Shown piece by piece: positions 56,557 to 64,000 of a stretch of 64,000 bases of DNA. Position 1 is the stretch's first letter, and every line of letters begins with the position of its first letter. Location of the stretch: NCBI GenBank assembly GCA_963675755.2, contig CAXXMD010000003.1:3577765-3641764 (forward strand), in the 5' to 3' direction. The notes beneath the pieces are model-generated. The model was not told the origin of the DNA, made no database searches, and saw only the letters and a program-made list of their open reading frames with translations. This stretch comes from a bacterium (GTDB lineage: Bacteria > Zhuqueibacterota > Zhuqueibacteria > Residuimicrobiales > Krinioviventaceae). A program made the translations under genes and the position numbers.

Positions 56557-57144
56557 ATGCGCTTTTTACAAATAATTTGTCTGATTGTATTGCTGAATGT
56601 ACCTCTTTTTGCTCAAAGAATAGGTGTGTTTTCCGGTGTCGAAACACGAATGGATACATATACATTTGATCAACACAAAGATATCGGAAATAGTGCGGGA
56701 ATATTGATACCCTTAAAATTAAGACATGCAAATATGTTTATAAAGCTCAAAGTTTCTCATTTTGGAAATAATCCTGATGCGCTTGATATAACGGGATGGG
56801 TAGATATTATGACACCTGATATTTCAGCTTATAACGCTATAAAACAGAAAGATACATTTCGTTTAAATTATTCCGGACAGTTTTTAATAGGGCCACAGGT
56901 GAATTTGACAAAAAAAATGACCCTTTGGCCGTTGCTGGGTGCCGGTTTTACAAAAAAGGGTGCATATGAACAGATAGGAAAAGAAAATTATTTTGGTTCT
57001 ATGAATTGTCTTTTTGGAGATGCCTCTTTAATGGTCGCCAGGGATTTTAATATGTTCGATGTTGCAATTATGTCAAGCTTTAACCTTGATTTTAATTCTG
57101 GTAATCACAAACGCGCCAGTCTTGAATTGATCATTATGCTTTAA
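56557..57144 (+). CDS. Small exported beta-rich protein, tandem paralog 3
   Basis: GAGGAG RBS; signal peptide; LNYSGQFLIGP; ends LELIIML like paralog 2 (LELLLLL). Confidence 0.72.
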   Translation: MRFLQIICLIVLLNVPLFAQRIGVFSGVETRMDTYTFDQHKDIGNSAGILIPLKLRHANMFIKLKVSHFGNNPDALDITGWVDIMTPDISAYNAIKQKDTFRLNYSGQFLIGPQVNLTKKMTLWPLLGAGFTKKGAYEQIGKENYFGSMNCLFGDASLMVARDFNMFDVAIMSSFNLDFNSGNHKRASLELIIML

Positions 57145-58316
57145 GGCAGGTTTACGCCTGCCTGATATCTTTTTTCTTTATCAGGATCTTGCTTTGTTGT
57201 TTGTAGTGCTGTCGCGGCTTCTGTAGTTCCGATCTTGTGTAAGGCCCATGAAGCTGACCGACGTTCTATCAGGTTACCGAATTTCAGCATTTCTGACAAT
57301 GGCCTTACGGCCTCTCCGGATTTCAATTTGCCCAGTGCCATAGCGGCAGCCCAACCGCTCTCCGGTTTCTCCAGAGCTTTGATGAGTTCTGATTGTGCAG
57401 AAATTTGTCCGGTTTCACCCAACAGCCAGGCTGCATTAATACGGACCTCGGGAGAGGTAGATTCCAGCATTTTTGTCAAGGTTTGCTCATGTGTCGATAT
57501 ATCCTTTTTACAAAGGGCAACCATGGCCCGGTTCTGCACCATCCAGTCCGGATCCTGCAGACATGTTATCAGCAGGGGGATTGTTTTTGTATTTTCTATA
57601 TGTGTTATTATTGCGGCAAGTTTTCTGCGCATATGGACATCCTGGGATGCCATTTCAGATATTAATGAATCTAAAAGTGTATCTCCCAAGTTTATCAATA
57701 TCTCTTGTACCTGATTTTGAACAATAATAGAGCTGTCGTTCAATGCGTTTTTGTATATGGAGAATCCTTTATTCTGATCTATACTGCTCAAAACGGAAAG
57801 GGCAGTGGCCCGTATATAAGGATTGTTATCATGAATTACTGCCAGACTTAATTCACGTGTTTGCGGTGCACCGACAGCGTTTAGTGCATTCAGTACCGCA
57901 TTTCGCATGCGTATATCTTTTGATTTGGCGAGTTCGAGTAAGGAAGGGATTGCTTTTTTTGCCTGCATCTGTCCCAGGGCTTCAACCAGTGCCAGTTTGA
58001 CAGTATAGCTTGATTTTTTATCATTTAGTATTTTAATCATTTGAGAGGCTGGTTTGGCTGAACCTATTTTACCCAGAGTCCATGCGGCTTTGCGTTTGTT
58101 CCAGTCCGACTGTTCCGGATCTGTCAGGATTGACAGTACCGACGGGATTGCTGCTTCACCGAATGCTGCAAGCGAGTCCGCTGCCTGGTCCCAGTTGTGT
58201 CTTGCGGACAATAAATCAGCTGTTTTACTGTCAAGTTGTCTTTGGTCAGTTCGAGGTGGACAGGTAAGGAAAATAATAAAAAATCCAACAAGGACGCAGT
58301 TGATCAACTTATTCAT
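57141..58316 (-). CDS. HEAT/PBS-lyase repeat protein, probably exported
   Basis: Repeats of RKAAWTLGKIG, ALGQM..KAIPSLL, AAWLLGETG, AAMALGKL. Confidence 0.88.
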   Translation of the reverse strand: MNKLINCVLVGFFIIFLTCPPRTDQRQLDSKTADLLSARHNWDQAADSLAAFGEAAIPSVLSILTDPEQSDWNKRKAAWTLGKIGSAKPASQMIKILNDKKSSYTVKLALVEALGQMQAKKAIPSLLELAKSKDIRMRNAVLNALNAVGAPQTRELSLAVIHDNNPYIRATALSVLSSIDQNKGFSIYKNALNDSSIIVQNQVQEILINLGDTLLDSLISEMASQDVHMRRKLAAIITHIENTKTIPLLITCLQDPDWMVQNRAMVALCKKDISTHEQTLTKMLESTSPEVRINAAWLLGETGQISAQSELIKALEKPESGWAAAMALGKLKSGEAVRPLSEMLKFGNLIERRSASWALHKIGTTEAATALQTTKQDPDKEKRYQAGVNLP

Positions 58317-59283
58317 ATTTCCCCCATGTGTTTTGGCGGGTAAAATGCGTTGTCAGAATAGTATATAAATCATTTTTGAACAGAGAGTCCAGTTCTTTCA
58401 GGCTTTTTAGTCCAAACAAGAACGCAATGGTAACAGGATCGGTACGCCAGTTGATATGCCCTTCGTAAAATCCATAGCGCATAATATATTCCGGTTCCAT
58501 CTCACCGGTGAGGATATGGGTGAGCAGTTGTTTTAACGTATCATATTGGACTGATGAGAGATGAGAATACTCTTTTTTTAGATATTCAGATTCTGTTAAA
58601 GTGAGATCGCGTTCAATTTCCAGCCAGAACGCGCCTTCTATTCCATCATCAAATATGGAAAGCTGTCCGCCTTTGGTATCATGGGCACTTACTTGAATAG
58701 CATGACCATTATATTGAAAATACTTTACATGCTGCCATTCATGCGCTGCCATGTTCCAGCGTTCCAGTTCAAGGTCCTTGAACATGGATTTGAGAATATG
58801 ATAAAGTGGCACTGCAAGATCAGGATGCGTCAATCCCATTTCTGAGACGAGGCGGTTATCGCCCAGCAACACAGAGCGGATGTCTTCATCTGCAGCCATA
58901 AATCCGTCTTCGGAGAGGCCACCAGGCCGTCCCAATTCGGTAATCTCTGCCAGCGAGCGGTTGGTGATGCTTTGCCTGTCCAGCAGTTCCGGTTCGGAAT
59001 GCAGGCCTCTTGCTTTCAAAGTGGGAAAATCTTTACTATTTATCAATCCATAGTGGTCCACACCCAGAGTGATCGGAACAATACCGTATTTAGAGTCGCG
59101 GGTTTCAATAATTACCAGTTGGGTACTGTCGTTTAGGGGATAGGGAGAAGGTATATCTGGTTTGGAATCCAGTAATTCGGGATACAGTTTATAGTTTTTG
59201 TCTTTGATGGTTATAGTTTGAGAAAAACAGGTTGAAATAATAACCAGCGTGAACAATAAATATTTTGCAAACACAGATTTCAT
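58309..59283 (-). CDS. Conserved hypothetical exported protein
   Basis: Signal peptide; GFM..DED...VL..D..LV..MGLTH; YGFYEG...WRTDP; overlaps the HEAT gene start. Confidence 0.75.
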   Translation of the reverse strand: MKSVFAKYLLFTLVIISTCFSQTITIKDKNYKLYPELLDSKPDIPSPYPLNDSTQLVIIETRDSKYGIVPITLGVDHYGLINSKDFPTLKARGLHSEPELLDRQSITNRSLAEITELGRPGGLSEDGFMAADEDIRSVLLGDNRLVSEMGLTHPDLAVPLYHILKSMFKDLELERWNMAAHEWQHVKYFQYNGHAIQVSAHDTKGGQLSIFDDGIEGAFWLEIERDLTLTESEYLKKEYSHLSSVQYDTLKQLLTHILTGEMEPEYIMRYGFYEGHINWRTDPVTIAFLFGLKSLKELDSLFKNDLYTILTTHFTRQNTWGKYE

Positions 59284-59377
59284 TATAACCCCACTCTTTA
59301 TAATATCCTATTGTTGTGCATAGCAATTTTTAAGTTCAGACGCAGTCCTGTCAGAAACGGACTGCTATTTCAATTAA

Positions 59378-60278
59378 TTAAATTTCCTCTAACGTCTCCC
59401 GAATCTGTTTGATAAAGTTTGCCACTTTAATTTTGGGATCACCAGCTCCAAGTGTCTCGATGGGCAGATAACCACGGTATCCAGCGTCTTTGATGATTGT
59501 AAATACTTTTTTCAAATCTGTTGGGACCTTTTTCCCACCGATTTCTATTTCTTTCCTTGATCTGCCAGTTGACTGCGTAGGGGGTGATTTCGGCTATATC
59601 ACGGTAAGGATCCTCTGTTCTGAAGCTGCCAATATCATGCATGATGCCGAACCATTCCGAATCCACCTGCTTGATAATGGATTTGACTTGATCCGCGGTT
59701 TTGATAAAGTTGGCGTGGTTCTGCAAAGCGATGATTACTCCATATTCTTTGCCGGTTTCCACACAGGCTTGCAGGTTCTCTATGACCCATTTCTCCACGG
59801 TTTCCCGATTATAACCATCAGGCGTATCTTGTCCCGCAAAGACACGTATTGCCGGAGCACCCAGCTTTGCTGCAACCGGTATCCATTTCTGTACGAGTTG
59901 TAGCGATGCTTTGCGTTTTGCTGGGTCAGGGTCCGCAAAATCATTGCGTACACCGGTTCCGCTGATATCGAGACCCAGAAGGTACGCATGTTTTTTCATC
60001 CGATTCAAATACGCATCATCCGGGATTTCCGGATAGTTTTGTAAATAATAACCGGTAATATCTGCCGCCTCAAAATTGTGTTCTGCGCAGAAATCCAATA
60101 CCTGTTCAACAGAGATCTCACCATTTCTTAACGGCTGATTAAAAGAATAGAAATTCAGTGCAAGTTTGAAAAAATGCCCGCCGGTACGTTTTATGGGTGT
60201 TTGAGCGTGTAATGGGCTGGCTGCTAAACTGGCTAAAGTAATAGGCAAAGATGATTTGATAAAATCTCTACGTTCCAT
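59378..60278 (-). pseudogene. Tat-exported xylose isomerase-like TIM barrel with a single-base frameshift near 59553 (possible sequencing error)
   Basis: ERRDFIK; QNH, HDIG, WQIKE; removing one A from AAGGAAAGAA restores EEIEIGGKKVPTDLKKVF...GYRGYLPIETLG...EEI* ending at 59378. Confidence 0.8.
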
Positions 60279-60311
60279 TTAACTACTCTCCATGATTAAT
60301 TTAGGTAAAGC

Positions 60312-61010
60312 TTAACGTACCCCACCAATTTTAGCAAACACATACAGCATCTCAGTCGCTATCTGAGCGCATCGTTCATCATATTTGGCTTTTTCCATGG
60401 GGGTATTGTCAAATTGTTTTGGGTCTTGATAGGTTACTGCAAACCTTGCTTCTGCACCAGGAACAATGGGACATGCCTGGTCAGCATCTGAACAGGTCAT
60501 GATTGCCGCAAAGTTTTCCTGGGGATTGCTGCTGTCATCAAAAGTTTTTGACCAGGCTTTGATTGTATCTGCCTGTGATGAAAAAATTACATGATAAACC
60601 GGATTATCATCATCCGTTATTTTTTCTACCTCAAAACCTGCATTCAGCATGGCTTTAACAGAACGGGGATTAAAAGCAGTGGCTTCAGTCCCCCCGGAGT
60701 AGCATTGAACACCCGGTACCCGAAAATAGTGAGCGGCGGTTTGTGCCCAGATCTGTGCCATATGGCTGCGACGTGAATTGTGTGTGCAGATAAAAACAAG
60801 ATTTGCTGTTGAATCTGCCATTACTTTTTGGTTAATCCATGATGAAAGTGTGTCAAGAATTTCCTGACGACTTTTTGGTATTTCTACTGTTTTTTCAAGT
60901 CGTTCAACAATATAGCTGTTCAATGTGTCGGGCATATCATTCTCCATTGCTATAATAACGGGAGCATTGAGCATAACGATTAATATCCAAATAATATTCA
61001 TTTTTTGCAT
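60312..61010 (-). CDS. Low-molecular-weight PTP / ArsC-like arsenate reductase-fold protein
   Basis: FICTHNSRRSH P-loop; SGGTE; MTCSDADQACP; DPK. Confidence 0.88.
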   Translation of the reverse strand: MQKMNIIWILIVMLNAPVIIAMENDMPDTLNSYIVERLEKTVEIPKSRQEILDTLSSWINQKVMADSTANLVFICTHNSRRSHMAQIWAQTAAHYFRVPGVQCYSGGTEATAFNPRSVKAMLNAGFEVEKITDDDNPVYHVIFSSQADTIKAWSKTFDDSSNPQENFAAIMTCSDADQACPIVPGAEARFAVTYQDPKQFDNTPMEKAKYDERCAQIATEMLYVFAKIGGVR

Positions 61011-61224
61011 TGGGCATATCCATATTTAAGTGAAATATTGTAACACGTTACTTGAAAATAGCATTTCAAATGATAAAATACAATAAAATGATCATAGATC
61101 GTAATTTAATGTTATCATTTGCTTTACAATGTTTTACAATCAATTTGCATCAATCCGTTGCATATATTCCTGAACTTTATTATTATAATTTTTCTATTGG
61201 AGGTTGACCGATCAGGGAATATAA

Positions 61225-63868
61225 ATGAAAAAGAAAATCCTTTTGATTCTGATTTTGCCAATTGTATTATATTCTGCAACATTCGAAACACTGCCTGTTG
61301 AAAAGCCCGCGTTACATGCTCAACGTGTGAATGAACAGGTCATTGTAGATGGCATTTTGGATGAAGACGTTTGGCAGCAGGCCAGCGAATATAGCTACTT
61401 TACCCAACGAGATCCATTTGAAGGGAAAAAACCTTCTGAAGAAACAATCGTACAACTTATATATGATGATGAAGCCCTATATATTGGTGCAAGAATGTAC
61501 GATTCCGCACCTGACTCTATTGTAAAACGGTTGGGCCGACGAGATCAACCCTTACAGGCAGACAGATTTTATTTTTATCTTGATCCCTATCATGACAAAC
61601 GAAGTGGCTATTACTTTGGTATGAACGCTGCGGGTACCTTTTATGATGGTACTATATATAATGATGCAATTTTTGATGCAACCTGGGACGGGGTTTGGGA
61701 AGGCAATACCAATATTGATGAAAAGGGGTGGAGTGTTGAAATGCGCATTCCATTTTCTCAATTACGATTCAGGCCTCAGGAACAAGCCATTTGGGCCGGC
61801 AACTGTGCCCGTATTATTGATCGTAAAAACGAAGCCAGTTATGTGACCTTTACAACCCAAAGATGAGAGTGGATTTGTTTCACGATTTGTTGATCTCACG
61901 GGTATTGAATCTATTCGTCCTCAGAATACACTTGAGGTTATGCCTTTTGTCCGTTCAAAGGCCGCGTTTACACATCCGGAAGCAGCAAATCCTTTCAATG
62001 ACGGATCCAAGATTTCACCCGGTAGTGGAGTTGATCTGAAATATCGTATGGGTAGCAATCTGGTTCTGGATATGACTATGAATCCTGACTTTGGTCAGGT
62101 TGAAGTTGATCCGGCAGTTGTGAATTTAAGCGCATTTGAAACGTATTTCCCTGAAAAACGTCCCTTTTTCATTGAAGGTGCTTCTATTTTTGGCTTTGGT
62201 AACGGTGGAACAAACGCGCACTGGGGATTCAGCTTTAGTCAACCAACATTTTTTTATAGCAGACGCATAGGCCGTACACCTCAACGTGATTTACCCGATA
62301 ATGATTATGCAGATGTACCGGACAATACAAACATTATTGGCGCAGCCAAGTTGACCGGCAAACTGGCAAAAAACCTGGAATGTGGGTTCTATTCATGCAG
62401 TAACTGCCAGAGAATATGCTGATCTGGACATGAATGGCGTTCGTTCACATGTTGAAGCTGAGCCACAAACTTATTATGGAATATTCCGTGCACAAAAAGA
62501 GATTGATGAAGCCAAATACGGGATTGGATTTTTGGGGACTGTTGTAAACCGACAGTTCAAAGATCCTGCTTTATTGAATGACGTAAACAAAGAAGCTTAT
62601 GTTTTTGGTGCTGACGGATGGAGCTTTTTGGATGATGAGCGGGAATGGGTCGTTTCAAGCTGGTTTGGCGCCTCTCATATTAAAGGTTCTCGCGAAAGAA
62701 TGCTGGATGTACAGCAAAGTGTAAGACATTATTTTCAACGACCTGATGCAAGATCCTATTCAATTGACAGTTCTAGAACCACAATGAGCGGTACCGCGGG
62801 AAGAATATTGCTCAACAAGGAAAAAGGTAACGTGATCTTTAATACGGCAATTGGATATGTTGGGCCTTCATTTGATGTGAATGATTTGGGTTACATGAAC
62901 CGGACTGATGAAGTCAATGGACATGTATTGGGTGGATACCGTTGGACGGAACCCAATGCCTTTTCCCGTACAGTTTATCTTAGAGGATCAGCTTATTATG
63001 CCAAAGATGCTGATGGAAATGTAACTGACAAGGGCCTATGCATAATGGATATTTTTTGTTCAATAATTATTATACACTGAGTTATACATTCTATTTGGAA
63101 GATGATACCTTTGATCCTGCATTGACTCGTGGTGGTCCATTAATGATTAACCCAAAATATTGGAGTAATTATATATATCTTTCATCTGATTCCAGAAAGT
63201 CTTTAATCTTTGGAGCAAGTACTGCATATATAAACAGTGCTCACGATGCCTGGTATTTCAGTTTAGGGACATTTGCCGAATGGAAAGCCAGACCCAATTT
63301 ATTATTACGTTTTGAACCCAGTATGTTATGGCACAGTACCTATAGCCAATGGGTTGATGATTTTGAAGATCCACTGGCCACTGTAACATATGGTAATAGA
63401 TATGTTTATGCATCAATTTGGCGAAAACAATTTTCCGCAGGATTGAGAATGAACTGGACATTTACACCAAAACTGAGTTTACAGTTTTTTGCACAGCCGT
63501 TAGTATCTATTGCGGATTATTCAAATTTTAAGGAATTTGCTAAACCAAGTTCCTACGAGTTTAACGATTTGACAGATGTGGAATATGATGAAACCGATAA
63601 TACTTATGAGATAGATCCTGATGGTGAAGGGCCTGCTGAATCCTTTAGCTTTGATAATCCCGATTTTGATCTGAAATCCCTGCGGGGGAATGCGGTTTTG
63701 CGCTGGGAATACCTGCCAGGTTCTACCATGTACCTGGTTTGGACACAGCAAAGATCGGATGATGAGTATTTGGGAAGTCTAGATTTTAAACGATCATTTG
63801 AAAGAATATTATCGCCCGAAGCAGATAATATCTTTATGTTAAAACTCAGTTATTGGTTAAATATTTAA
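61225..63868 (+). pseudogene. CBM9-like/DUF5916 outer-membrane protein split by three single-base frameshifts (possible sequencing errors)
   Basis: Four consecutive ORFs join into one protein: VDGILDE..W, YDDEALY, DPYHD, WDGVW, E.RIPFSQLR, NPDFGQVEVD, EKRPFF.EG, FYSRRIG, LRWEY.PGS..YLVW, KLSYW. Confidence 0.85.
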
Positions 63869-63877
63869 GTATATTTC

Positions 63878-63908
63878 AAGCCGGATCTGCCAGGGTCCGG
63901 CTTTTTTT
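63878..63908 (+). terminator. Rho-independent terminator
   Basis: AAGCCGGATC..GGTCCGGCTT followed by a T-run. Confidence 0.8.
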
Positions 63909-64000
63909 CTTGTAAACATTCCTTTATGATTTTCTTGCATTAAACCATCAAGATGCATATTTTATTTAATATTAATCTCGGGAGATATCAATGAAGCGGT

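Noticed and set aside
61225-63868. Programmed frameshifting or phase variation in the DUF5916 gene
   Set aside because: Three indels of mixed sign in short or no homopolymers, with no consistent slippery site or stimulatory structure; error is more likely.
63991-64000. Start of a further gene (GGGAG RBS, ATG AAG CGG)
   Set aside because: Only three codons are visible; no product can be assigned.

Overview
A 64-kb chromosomal window (moderately AT-rich) from a Gram-negative bacterium, most likely an FCB-superphylum relative such as KSB1 or Calditrichota. That placement is inferred from six secreted proteins ending in an 'NYPNPFN' T9SS/FlgD-type sorting domain, several Tat lipoproteins and the repeat types. 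The backbone is ordinary: CHASE2 sensor (partial), radical SAM/SPASM, truncated-type MetH, nitrilase, AKR, CoA transferase plus enoyl-CoA hydratase, sulfatase, alkaline phosphatase, Bcp, RND efflux trio, rpsU, thiN, aminopeptidase P, ArsC/LMW-PTP and a DUF5916 protein. Layered on it are five notable things. (i) A family of four secreted beta-propeller paralogs with near-identical DNA at both ends, hypervariable cores and an ATG/TTG/CTG start-codon series. (ii) Many REP-like palindrome families with no transposase in view, which repeatedly bracket AT-rich cargo genes; these include a 154-bp direct repeat around a TPR gene and a REP doublet inside a perfect 21-bp duplication. (iii) A GxxExxY nuclease-fold gene flanked by inverted 9-nt-period repeats. 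(iv) An unannotated 56-aa hydrophobic ORF with a sequestered Shine-Dalgarno, opposite a sigma54-type promoter and a hairpin-U tract (type I toxin-antitoxin-like). (v) Four single-base frameshifts in the last 4.5 kb, probably sequencing errors. No rRNA, tRNA, CRISPR array, integrase, reverse transcriptase or transposase was seen. All calls come from motif recognition by eye; no database searches were run.
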